This document shows, piece by piece, positions 9,010 to 17,890 of a DNA stretch of 59,734 nucleotides. A program made the translations under genes and the position numbers. This DNA is from an uncultured Syntrophales bacterium. Lineage in GTDB: Bacteria; Desulfobacterota; Syntrophia; Syntrophales; JAAYKM01. The notes under the pieces were generated by a model that did no database searches, had not been told where the DNA came from, and saw only the letters and a program-made list of their open reading frames with translations. The stretch spans positions 1-59,734 of the forward strand of contig CAYOYJ010000001.1 of the NCBI GenBank assembly GCA_964408155.1, read 5' to 3'. Numbering within the stretch: position 1 is the stretch's first letter; every line of letters begins with the position of its first letter.

Positions 9010-9887
9010 GATCCGCTTCCTCCTTGATTGATTGATGTATCGGTAGATATTCGGCCGCGTTATGCCCCATGAACGTTTCTCTGAATGCTGGTGAATAGAG
9101 CCGGCTTTCGTGCGCCGCCTTGCCCAGCAAATTCTTTTCGGATAGTTTATCTAAAGCAAACATTTTGTCGGGGACCTTGGGGTCTATTCGGAGGACCTTT
9201 TCTTTGCCTAGAAGGTGCATCGCCTGGGTGTTTGCACCGATGCTTTGGCCTCTCATAACGACATTCACCGCATCCGTTTTCCACTGCCATAGTCCTCCCA
9301 GGTCGAGTTTCTTTGACCGCCCCTTGACCTCATCCGTTGTTCCCAGGCTCAAAACACGGATATCTCCAGGGGAGATGCCAAGCAATCCGATCGCCTCGGT
9401 GATGCCAACCATGATAGGGTTGTTAGCCCAGACGCCTCCGTCCACGAGGCGTATGTCATCAATAAGCTGACAACAGGGGAAGAAGGTGGGTGCGGCACTG
9501 GTTGCTAACGCAATCTTCCAAATGGGCTCCTTATAATCCCTCCGCAGCCGCTCATGATGAGGGGTCTTGAAGAGGTAAACGTCATCGTCACCGATATTAT
9601 AAGAGGGGATCACAAGGCGCTTCTTGCTTTCACCCAGAAGCTGTTCTCCGAAGCAGCCTTGAAGTGCTTTCCTGAGAGGTCCTTGGCTATACTTATTCCG
9701 CAGCCCGTGACGTAGCCCATGCCAGATTTGCCTCGGCATTTCGGGGCGGTTCCCCGCGAATATGTTCCTGGCTTCGGTGACATAAAAGTGGACAATGTCT
9801 TTAGGCCTAATGCCAACTCCCAGCGCCAGTGCAATGATTCCTCCTGTCGAAGTTCCGACGATGAGATCGAAGTGATCCGTGACCTTG
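8999..9887 (-). pseudogene. capV: patatin-like phospholipase CBASS effector, C-terminal 294 codons (gene split by transposon)
   Basis: GTSTGG (GxSxG) and LVDGGVWANNP (catalytic Asp) are present, but the oxyanion-hole DGGG motif is missing. It is found in the fragment at 21792-21930. The ORF-track N-terminus (9888-9982) is IS sequence, not patatin. Confidence 0.85.
9883..9887. repeat. target-site duplication CCTTG (left copy)
   Basis: CCTTG directly abuts the IS terminus TGTTGGCGGCG at 9888. The same 5-mer directly follows the opposite terminus at 21792-21796. Confidence 0.8.
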
Positions 9888-10178
9888 TGTTGGCGGCGCC
9901 TTAGAAGAGCCAAAAGCGGCGGAGCTGTCCCACTGTATTTTGGAGATTGGATAAAGATATCCCTTGCCGCGGGATTGTTCAAAGAGCGGAGAATCCCCTG
10001 TCCCCGGATTCGGGGCTGTTCGTTAGCGATGTAGAGATTCCGGTTTACGCGAAGACTCGCTATTTTTTGCTGCGATAAGACCTCCCGTCAAACGTCAGAA
10101 AGCGGCCGTTGAGGCTGAGGCGATCCAGAATCGCCGAAGCGGTGGCCGTATCGAAGATTTTTCCCCAGTCGGAGGGGA
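9888..10178 (-). repeat. 291-bp solo IS21-family end (IR plus 3' end of istB), identical to 18776-19066
   Basis: Base-by-base visual comparison shows identity with 18776-19066 (offset 8888). It diverges at 10179 (T versus C at 19067), where IS66-derived sequence begins. Confidence 0.85.
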
Positions 10179-10222
10179 TCAAGTACTTATATTAAATATT
10201 TGCGCTTTTTTCTCTCTTTTTT

Positions 10223-10585
10223 TCATGTTTTTCCAATGGATTTTTCGACTGACGAATGGTTCCCAACATAGCGCTTTTCGATCCGCTTCGGCACGATGCC
10301 TTCCAATAGCAAGGTTAGATCGCGCCGGTCAATGCAACCGCTTCTGTCGGGCACGATAAACTTTCCTTCTTCCAGGCGCTTATACCACAGCGCCAGGCCA
10401 TCCTGATCCCAATAGAGAAGTTTAACCATTTTGCGGTTGCCGTTGACGAAAACGAATAAGGAACCGGATAAGGGGTCCATCTCCAGTTCGGAGCGGATGA
10501 TGCCACAAAGGGCGTCGAAAGATTTGCGCATGTCGCAGGCACCCCGGTAAAGATAAATGCGCGTGGCGGCGGTCAGGGATATCAT
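10223..10585 (-). CDS. tnpB: IS66-family accessory protein TnpB
   Basis: IYLYRGACDMRKSFDALCGIIRSELEMDP...LFVFVNGNRKMVKLLYWDQDGLALWYKRLEEGKF is the characteristic IS66 Orf2 sequence pattern. Confidence 0.85.
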   Translation of the reverse strand: MISLTAATRIYLYRGACDMRKSFDALCGIIRSELEMDPLSGSLFVFVNGNRKMVKLLYWDQDGLALWYKRLEEGKFIVPDRSGCIDRRDLTLLLEGIVPKRIEKRYVGNHSSVEKSIGKT

Positions 10586-10887
10586 CGGGAACTCAAAGCG
10601 GTCAAAACAGATCGAAGGGTCGGAAAATCAAATCCACGGGAAACTTCGATGTAAAGATTTCCGGCAATAATACGAATACCGGTTTCCTTCCCGGAAGCGG
10701 AAACCGAAGGACTCAGTTCGATAAATCCCTGCCTGTTCATTTGCCGTTTTGAAATCCGGCGGCGCCAGGCATAAAATATGTTGGTGCGTATCTGCTGATT
10801 CCGGCAATAATCGGCAATGCTCAAACCGCTGGTCTTTTGTTTTTCGATGATGGTGTTCCAGTGCGCATAGCGTTCTTCGATGGTCAT
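10582..10887 (-). CDS. IS66-family Orf1 (TnpA-like HTH protein)
   Basis: About 100 aa with an HTH-like SIADYCRNQQIRTNIFYAWRRR. ATGA-type overlap with tnpB. The third IS66 gene (DDE TnpC) is absent: only about 15 codons remain before the junction at 10179. Confidence 0.7.
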   Translation of the reverse strand: MTIEERYAHWNTIIEKQKTSGLSIADYCRNQQIRTNIFYAWRRRISKRQMNRQGFIELSPSVSASGKETGIRIIAGNLYIEVSRGFDFPTLRSVLTALSSR

Positions 10888-10901
10888 GACTCCGCCTCTA
10901 G

Positions 10902-11867
10902 TTGAAATATTTTCTCAATGCTGGCGGGTGTCATACCCCGGCTGACGAAAAAGGGAAAGATGGGTGGGCAAGACGGTTACTCCGGGAAGGCTATCGCACT
11001 GCCGTCGATGTGGATTTGTCGAAGTTCTTCGACACAGTCCATCATGATGTTCTGATGCGCCGTGTGGCGGGAAAGGTTCCTGACAAACGGGTTTTACGCC
11101 TCATCGGGAAATACCTGCGGGCCGGAGTCATGGTAAATGGCCGCCTACAGGAAACCCCTCTGGGAGTTCCTCAGGGCGGGCCATTGTCGCCATTACTGGC
11201 CAACATCATCCTGGATGATCTGGACAAAGAGCTTGAGAAACGCGGACACCGGTTTGCCCGTTATGCCGATGACTTTATCATTTTGGTGAAAAGTCATCGG
11301 GCGGGACAGCGGGTGATGGGAAGCATCAAACGCTTTCTGGAGCAAACGCTCAAACTCAAGATCAATCCGGAGAAAAGCCGAGTCGTCCCAACAAATCAGG
11401 CAGCCTTTCTTGGCTTCACATTCCGTGGAACCAAGATTCGCTGGTTGGAAAAGGCCTTCCGTGAATTCAAGCGAAGGGTCAAGGAACTGACCGGGCGATC
11501 CTGGTTTGTATCGATGGACTACCGGTACAAGAAGCTTGCCGAATACCTCCGTGGCTGGATGAACTACTTCGGAATATCGGAATACTACATACCGATTCCC
11601 GAAATAGATCACTGGCTGAGAAGACGGTTGCGCATGTGTTACTTCAAACAGTGGCGTAGAGCAAAAACCAAGGTTCGGGAACTTCGCAAACTGGGAACAT
11701 CGCTACATGCTGCTATATCTGTGGCAATAAGCCGCAAAGGGCCGTGGCGCTTGGCGAAAACGCTGGCAACGCAAACGGGCATGACCAACAAGTGGCTCAA
11801 GGATCAAGGGCTTCTGTCTGTCAAAGAGCTGTGGGTTCACATTCACTACCCGGCCACGGCCCGGTAA
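10902..11867 (+). pseudogene. group II intron reverse transcriptase/maturase, 5'-truncated
   Basis: RT motifs from about block 3 onward (VDVDLSKFFDTVHHDVLM, GVPQGGPLSPLLANI, FARYADDFIILV) plus the maturase X region are present. RT blocks 0-2 are missing, and the first ~25 codons look unrelated. Confidence 0.75.
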
Positions 11868-11877
11868 TCTCTGTGAA

Positions 11878-11945
11878 CCGCCCGGTGCGGACCCGCATGC
11901 CGGGTGGTGTGGGGGCTGGGGGAGAAAAACCCCCGGCTACCCGAT
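11878..11945 (+). ncRNA. group II intron domain V/VI-like 3' end
   Basis: A 30-nt hairpin, CCGCCCGGTGCG-GACC-CGCA(TG)CCGGGTGG, carries a 2-nt bulge on its 3' strand as in domain V. A second hairpin, CTGGGGG-AGAAAAA-CCCCCGG, and an unpaired A follow. It lies directly downstream of the RT ORF. The 3' boundary is approximate. Confidence 0.45.
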
Positions 11946-11965
11946 TGGGCTGGTTGGTTCAATAC

Positions 11966-12778
11966 TCATGCATCTATCCCAGTTTCGATGCGCTTGGTGA
12001 GTTCTTCGATAATTGTTGTAGGTAAGCTGATGTTATCGTTTCGTGCTGCTCTTTTCATCAACTCGCAACCCCACTTCCACGTCTCACGGTAAGCATGCCA
12101 AAGTCTTGCTTGATCGAGGTCGGCTGTACAGGAACGGTAGCGCCCATATGCTTCCACGGAGATATCTTTTTCCAGCCCCTTTGATGGGGTTGGCCAATGC
12201 TCTGTTGTTCCTTCTGCCAGACGGACCAATTTGAGTAGATTACTGTGACTGTCGCTCAATAAGGCCCAGGCTCTTGCAAATTCTCCTCTTGCCAGCACGT
12301 TTATTCCAAACAGCACCAGGTTTATGAAGTTAGCCGCAACCGACATTACCTCGGTGGTCGTATTGCGATCGGGAGGATTCCCGACAAAGGGGCGCAGATA
12401 TCTTTCGATTGCGCCTGTTCGATCGACAATGATCGTTGACTCTAGAGAAGGGAACCAGGCATATCCTTGCCATGTTTCGATAATCGGAATTCTTGATGCC
12501 GGTTCGAAATGAAACTCACCCCGGACCAGGTTTGTAAAAATCGCAGTATGATGTCCATAGTCATCGGCAAAATAAAGCTCAAGCGTTTCAATCTGTGCAA
12601 CCCAGTGTTCCTGATCGATATTGGGGAAACTCTCATCTTTAAAGAATAATATAAATTCAATATCGGAGAATCGGTCGCCCTCTCCAGTTGCAAATGAACC
12701 GAACATAAACGCGCCCTCAATACGGGCATCTTGCACACAAAGCTCGCGGACGCGCTCTATCATTTTCTCCTGCAACAT
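11966..12778 (-). CDS. Lnu(B/F)-family lincosamide nucleotidyltransferase-like protein
   Basis: MLQEKMIERV..., FGSFATGEGDRFSDIEFILFFK, NLVRGEFHF, GINVLARGEFARAWALLS and GLEKDIS parallel LinB/Lnu signatures as I remember them. ATG 12778 is preceded by GGAGG. The longer ORF-track start (12886) overlaps the neighbouring gene. Confidence 0.7.
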   Translation of the reverse strand: MLQEKMIERVRELCVQDARIEGAFMFGSFATGEGDRFSDIEFILFFKDESFPNIDQEHWVAQIETLELYFADDYGHHTAIFTNLVRGEFHFEPASRIPIIETWQGYAWFPSLESTIIVDRTGAIERYLRPFVGNPPDRNTTTEVMSVAANFINLVLFGINVLARGEFARAWALLSDSHSNLLKLVRLAEGTTEHWPTPSKGLEKDISVEAYGRYRSCTADLDQARLWHAYRETWKWGCELMKRAARNDNISLPTTIIEELTKRIETGIDA

Positions 12779-12816
12779 AAAAACCTCCGGGGAAAAGCTG
12801 TTCTCGTTCGCATTGC

Positions 12817-13575
12817 TCAGGTACGTAAAACGGCATCTGCACACAGCCAGAAAAGCTTCTCGCGTATGGCGGTTCTTGATTGCCATGAACGTTCATCCCA
12901 TTCTAAACAGCTCAAATCGTCACCGCCATATAATACCTGCCCTAGGACTACACCACGAAATTGAGCAACTGCCATCATCCCAGCGCTTTCCATTTCTACT
13001 GTAAGACAGCCTTCTTCTTTTCTCATGGCAATTCTATCCGGTGTCTCCCTGAAAGGCGCATCGGTCGTCCAAGTTTTACCGATATGATACGGAACGTTCG
13101 TATTGCTCAGGGTGTTTACAAGGGCCTTCACCCCCGCTTCGTGCGCAAACACTTCTCGACTTGGCTGCAGGTAATGATACGAAACGCCTTCGTCGCGAAT
13201 TGCGCTGGATACAACAACCAAGGTACCAACCGTTATAGGCTTGTCAAGAACTCCACAACCTCCACAAACCATGAATTTACGACAACCATAAGCGATGACC
13301 TTTTCGAGCAGGCCTGCAGCCAGTGGAGCGCCGACACCTGGATGGAAGAATGCCAATCGCTGGTCACAGTATTCAATTTCATAAATGGGATGAGGTCCAT
13401 CCTCCCAATAGTCTGTTACCAATACCTTTGCATTGTGCTCGATTACCACTTTATCGATCACTTCTCTGAAAAAACAGATTACACAAAGCTCAGGCATGTC
13501 CAGAGGTTTGATGACCTTTGAAGGTTCAATAAAAGCTATACGAGTTGAGTCGTATTCAAGAATAGGAAATGTCAT
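12817..13575 (-). CDS. nucleoside phosphorylase (PNP/UDP family)
   Basis: FHPGVGAPLAAGLLE, MVCGGCGVL, RDEGVSYHY and TVEMESAG motifs are typical of uridine/purine nucleoside phosphorylase-fold enzymes. Confidence 0.7.
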   Translation of the reverse strand: MTFPILEYDSTRIAFIEPSKVIKPLDMPELCVICFFREVIDKVVIEHNAKVLVTDYWEDGPHPIYEIEYCDQRLAFFHPGVGAPLAAGLLEKVIAYGCRKFMVCGGCGVLDKPITVGTLVVVSSAIRDEGVSYHYLQPSREVFAHEAGVKALVNTLSNTNVPYHIGKTWTTDAPFRETPDRIAMRKEEGCLTVEMESAGMMAVAQFRGVVLGQVLYGGDDLSCLEWDERSWQSRTAIREKLFWLCADAVLRT

Positions 13576-13712
13576 ATTTATAAATCCTTGGTATAGCCCA
13601 ACGAAAAGCTCACCGGGAGCAAGCCAGCGGCTTGCGATCCGGTGCAGCGCCTTGTTGGATAATGCATTTCCAATTACTTATGATGATACTACTCCATGTA
13701 AATGATTCCCAT

Positions 13713-14192
13713 TTAGTTCACTGTTTTATTTGCCTCTTGAATGGGGATATCCTTTTTGTCTAATTCAAAGTAATATTCTTCTTCATATCCAAGTACCCAG
13801 GGAAGCGCTAATAGCGGTGGCAGTATTAATCTATGGACATATAATACATCTTTTTTAACACTAATTATTTTGTCTATATATCCATCGCATTTAAGGAGAA
13901 AAGACGTTTCTGTCCCAGATGGACTTCGATCCCAATAATTATACGGCGTCATTCCAAGCAACTTCCCTTCAGGTGAATATATTTTGACTTTCTTGATAAG
14001 ACCTTGCTTTCTTTGGAAGTGAGTATAGGAAAGCCACACTTGTATGTCAAGGAAATCTTGACCACAAAATGTAGGGTGCTGCTCTAATGACCGCGTTGAA
14101 GGTACTCTGCAACATCCGTCCTTATGGTAAATCTGCTCACCTTTTGATCTGTTCACCCGCCATAAAGGTCGTTTCAGTCCCAATTCGGACAA
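13713..14192 (-). CDS. hypothetical protein (159 aa), AT-rich
   Basis: Intact ORF with composition distinct from its neighbours. I recognise no motif. Confidence 0.4.
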   Translation of the reverse strand: MSELGLKRPLWRVNRSKGEQIYHKDGCCRVPSTRSLEQHPTFCGQDFLDIQVWLSYTHFQRKQGLIKKVKIYSPEGKLLGMTPYNYWDRSPSGTETSFLLKCDGYIDKIISVKKDVLYVHRLILPPLLALPWVLGYEEEYYFELDKKDIPIQEANKTVN

Positions 14193-14231
14193 ACCTCTCC
14201 GGCACGCCTTATTTTATTTTTTAAAAATGCG

Positions 14232-15578
14232 TTATGACTGAATGTATTCATCCCAGGTGTATTCTGGGTCGCCGTAGATAGTATCGTTGTGTGGTTGGAT
14301 TTGGAGATTGGCAGCGGCGTATTCCCGGTTTGGCGGGTCATGGATTTTCGGCGGCGGCCTTGATCTGACCAGCCAGATGCCCAAATGTTTGAGGATGTCG
14401 CGGATGACCTGCGCATCTTCGATGAAGCTGATGATCCGCATTTTCCCCTGACACTTTGGACAGACCAGGGGATCAACTTCGTATATCTTCTGGATCAGTC
14501 GTGCCCAACTTTTCCTGAATGCCTTTTCGTTTCCCTGTGGTTCAAGGATGCAGGGGACGGCATCATCTTTGCCTGCCTTCTGCCGTTTTCCCCGTGCGAC
14601 GTTGCTGTAATATCCGTAGTACCGCACCATCTGTTCGCCACGATTCGGGATGTGCGTACACATTGCGGCCAGCCATTCCATCGCGGGGAAGACCTTGTTT
14701 GTCTTTCTGTCCTTTCCCGTATAGACAACAGTCCCCTCCTGTTCCAGATACTGCATCCGCTCCTGAGAGAAGGATGCCCTAATGATATAACGCGCCAGAT
14801 TTTCCATAGCTGTATCATCAGTGGGCGAGATGCGGTTGCCGCAGAAGACGTGAAAACCGGAATGTTTCCATGAAGAGTGCATGGCGATCAATTCGCGGGT
14901 AATTTTCCCTTTGGCGAGAAGCATTTTGAAAACATTGTGCCGGAAGATGGCCTCCAGCTTTTTCAGTTCCAGAGGCGGAGCAACGCGGAACATGCCCTTT
15001 TCGCCATAGAAGCAGCCATCGGTTACGAGAATGTGGCAGTGCGGATTGAATCCAAGGAAATCACCAAACGTCTGCATGGCGATGACAGCACCGGGGATTG
15101 GGGTATTTTCAGGGACGGCATCCTGAATGAAGATCTTCAACGATTCCCAGGCGCAGCGGCTGAGGGCGGCAAGAAGCTTTCGATCATACAGAAAATAGCG
15201 ACGAAGAATCTTCGGGATGCTAAAGACAAAATGCCGGTGAGGAATCTTTTTGAGGACTTCCACACAAAGCCGTTCTCCGAATTCCACCACGCGTTTCTGA
15301 TGGCAGGACGGGCAGAAGTGCCTGCGCTTACAGGAGAATGCCAGTAAGTATTCGTGTCCGCAGTCTTTGCATTTCACACGGGCAAAACCGTGTTGCAGAT
15401 CGCCGCAATCCAGATAACGGTAGATCACCTGTGCGATATAAGGCCGCCAGAAACCATACTGTCGTGAGAACTGTTCGTCATAGTCCTGCACAAAGGTTTC
15501 AAAATAATCCTCTACACAATGGTAATAATCCGAATCTTGCGGGTGGCGGGGCCGGTAAACGGCGGCTGGCAATGGCAT
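14232..15578 (-). CDS. IS91-family (rolling-circle, Y2) transposase
   Basis: N-terminal zinc-binding domain (VKCKDCGHEYLLAFSCKRRHFCPSCHQKR) followed by a HUH-type body (NPHCHILV). The length of 448 aa is typical for IS91/ISCR transposases. Confidence 0.85.
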   Translation of the reverse strand: MPLPAAVYRPRHPQDSDYYHCVEDYFETFVQDYDEQFSRQYGFWRPYIAQVIYRYLDCGDLQHGFARVKCKDCGHEYLLAFSCKRRHFCPSCHQKRVVEFGERLCVEVLKKIPHRHFVFSIPKILRRYFLYDRKLLAALSRCAWESLKIFIQDAVPENTPIPGAVIAMQTFGDFLGFNPHCHILVTDGCFYGEKGMFRVAPPLELKKLEAIFRHNVFKMLLAKGKITRELIAMHSSWKHSGFHVFCGNRISPTDDTAMENLARYIIRASFSQERMQYLEQEGTVVYTGKDRKTNKVFPAMEWLAAMCTHIPNRGEQMVRYYGYYSNVARGKRQKAGKDDAVPCILEPQGNEKAFRKSWARLIQKIYEVDPLVCPKCQGKMRIISFIEDAQVIRDILKHLGIWLVRSRPPPKIHDPPNREYAAANLQIQPHNDTIYGDPEYTWDEYIQS

Positions 15579-15663
15579 GTCTTCCTCGCTTCACAGGGTG
15601 GATAAATCCATCCCGAAGCGATAAGACATAGTAGAACGATCGTTCTATTGTCAAGAGAAATAT

Positions 15664-15786
15664 TCAAATAGTATTATCATTACATCCTTGTAATTTTTGA
15701 CCCCGGACAGTTTTCACGTCATGCCCGGCTTCTTGAAAAAGCCCTTGAGTTCTTGCCCCAAAATTTTCATCAAGCTTAAATTTCAA
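15664..15786 (-). pseudogene. PIN-like (DUF5615-type) toxin gene fragment, about 40 codons
   Basis: LKFKLDENFGARTQGLFQEAGHDVKTVRGQKLQG matches the N-terminus of the DUF5615 partner of DUF433 proteins. A TTGA overlap joins it to the DUF433 fragment. It is truncated next to the IS91 end. Confidence 0.3.
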
Positions 15787-16016
15787 CCTATTGCCTCCAC
15801 TGGGATTTCTACGTAACGTTCCCTGGCCATTTCCGCCCCGTAAGCTAATGCGGCCTGAATATCTTCAACTTCCAAATGGGGGTATTCAGTCAAAATTTCT
15901 TCTATAGTCATTCCACTTGCTAAAAAATCCAGGATAAGCGACGTTGGGACAGCAGTGATTGGCGTTGTTACAAAGTTTTTCCCTAAAGTAGCGAAATGAA
16001 TCATATTCCGTATCAA
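15783..16016 (-). pseudogene. DUF433-like antitoxin-type gene, N-terminally degenerate
   Basis: The C-terminal half, ILDFLASGMTIEEILTEYPHLEVEDIQAALAYGAE, is DUF433-like. The N-terminal part overlaps an RNase D-like fragment (15886-16101: ILGIDTEYDSFRYFREKLC) read in another frame. Confidence 0.4.
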
Positions 16017-17014
16017 TGCCCAGTATCGAAGCCTGTCGCAAATATTCGGCGGCGCGTTGAGCGGTTTCAGTGGTATTCACCAATAGCCAATCCGTATTCA
16101 TGGAAAGCTACTTAACCGAAACGGGAATTTAATGCTATAAAAATGATGCATCGAGGGATAAGAGCTGCCTACCTGTTTAGTTTCATTAAACTATTCTGCT
16201 TTACAAAATACCAGGATATGTTACTTTTACCGGCAATCGGAAAGAGTGAGGATCGTCACTACGGGTCATGAAAAAGCAATGGCTATTTCTTATCATCGTA
16301 ATATTTTTGGGAGGCTGTAATATGCAAAACAAATTTCTTTATTTTCCCGGCGGGGAGCGGCCGTCTGCGGAAATGCTTGCTGCCGAAAATATGTCGCTCA
16401 GGCAGGCGACGGGGACGGATTATCGGGGTTTGATCGCGGCGGGTGATGCCCTCGCGCCCAATGGCAAAATCATCTTTTTGTAGAAGTAAGCATTATGCAA
16501 CGCCGAATAGGACATGAGGCAGCGCGGCTTTAAAACAGGACGTTTTTAGCCGTCGTCCCTTGATACCAGCCCTGAAGGATGCCGCCAGGATGGCGGTATC
16601 CGGTTAAAATATTACCGTGCTCCGGATAGGATTCCGGAGACATCAAGGGGAACCGGGGATGTGCCCCGGTCCGGTGGGTTCCAAGGGATTGACGGCCCAA
16701 TCCCTTGGCCTTAGAGGGTGCAGGGAGAGCGGGTCGCTTCTCCCTGTCGGCATCCTGTGATTTCGTACCTTACATATTACCTCCGTTTAAGGGGCTGCCA
16801 TGAACTCTCAAAAGAAAAATATCCAGCGGAGCACAAGTTTCAAATGTCTGTATCAAAACTTTTACGCTAAATCATCCAATTCCCTCATCCGATACTTTAC
16901 CCAATATTACAATCCAAACAAATCGATAAACTTTCAGCAGGAAAATATTGATAATTATGCGAATTACTCGAAAGACTATCTAAAAATGAAACAATTTACG
17001 AAAGGACATATCTC

Positions 17015-17827
17015 ATGAAACTTTCCCGGCCAAAAATATTAGGGATTGTAAATATAACCGAAGACAGTTTTTCTGATGGCGGACTTTACCTGGACTCCGA
17101 TCAAGCCCTGAAAAAATCATTCCAGCTTATGACCGACGGAGCGGATATTATTGACTTAGGTGCCGCTTCCAGTAATCCCGCTACCAAAGATATTGAACCC
17201 ACAGTAGAAATTGAGCGCTTAATCCCCATCGTTAACCAGTTACTTACTAAAAACATTCCAGTATCAATCGATACCTTCAAATCAAGCGTTCAGCAATATG
17301 CTTTGAACAAAAAAATTCAATATATAAATGATATCCAGGGATTTCCCTATCCTGAAATATACCCCAAATTGGCGGCATCCGGTTGTAAACTCATTCTAAT
17401 GCATTCTGTCCAGCGTTTAGGACCGGCCACGATTGTCGAAACAGACCCGGAAAAAGTATTTGCCGGAATGATTGATTTCTTTACACAGCGCCTTGATGCC
17501 CTTCAAAATGCGGGAGTTTCACTCAACCGGATTATCTTAGACCCGGGGATGGGATTTTTCCTAGGTTCCAATCCCGAATCATCAATCTATGTAATAAAAA
17601 ACATCACCCGGTTGAAAGATCACTTCAACTTACCCATTTTAGTTTCAGTTTCTCGAAAATCGTTTTTAGGGAACATCGTAGACCGCGAGGTGAAGGAGCG
17701 AGGGCCGGCCACATTAGCGGCAGAGATTTATCTGAGCTATATGAATGTGGACTATATCCGTACTCATGATGTAAAATCTTTGAACGATGCCTTGAAAGTA
17801 CTTGTAACATTAAATTCAGCCAAGTAA
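17015..17827 (+). CDS. Sul-type (sulfonamide-resistance-like) dihydropteroate synthase
   Basis: ILGIVNITEDSFSDGGLYLD, DIIDLGAASSNP, YINDIQGFPYPEIYP, KLILMHSVQR, ILDPGMGFFLGSNPESS, VSVSRKSFLG and DYIRTHDVKSL. By eye these lie much closer to Sul1/Sul3 sequences as I recall them than to chromosomal FolP (DPGFGF). Confidence 0.8.
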   Translation: MKLSRPKILGIVNITEDSFSDGGLYLDSDQALKKSFQLMTDGADIIDLGAASSNPATKDIEPTVEIERLIPIVNQLLTKNIPVSIDTFKSSVQQYALNKKIQYINDIQGFPYPEIYPKLAASGCKLILMHSVQRLGPATIVETDPEKVFAGMIDFFTQRLDALQNAGVSLNRIILDPGMGFFLGSNPESSIYVIKNITRLKDHFNLPILVSVSRKSFLGNIVDREVKERGPATLAAEIYLSYMNVDYIRTHDVKSLNDALKVLVTLNSAK

Positions 17828-17890
17828 TTCTTAGACGTAAAGCAGATATTGAAAATATTTGGAGGATTAAATATACTAAATGTTGGCCTG

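Noticed and set aside
9888-9982. N-terminal 32 codons (MNNPAARDIFIQSPKYSGTAPPLLALLRRRQH) of the ORF-track patatin ORF
   Set aside because: This stretch is IS21-terminus sequence, repeated identically at 18776 onward. The genuine patatin N-terminus lies at 21792-21930.
10902-11867. Retron or DGR reverse transcriptase
   Set aside because: The RT motifs plus the maturase-type C-terminus, followed by a domain V-like hairpin, indicate a group II intron remnant. I saw no msr/msd-like or template/variable repeat structures.
16490-16800. Riboswitch (THF, ZTP or cobalamin) upstream of the folate-pathway gene
   Set aside because: I could not find the conserved cores of these classes as I remember them: no B12 box and no ZTP GGGTCG...CCGCCTGGGC pairing. 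It is kept only as an unexplained structured segment.
16800-17018. 72-aa ORF overlapping the sul-type gene start
   Set aside because: Its Asn/Tyr/Lys-rich product is typical of random ORFs in AT-rich DNA and shows no motif. It might be a leader peptide, but there is no support.
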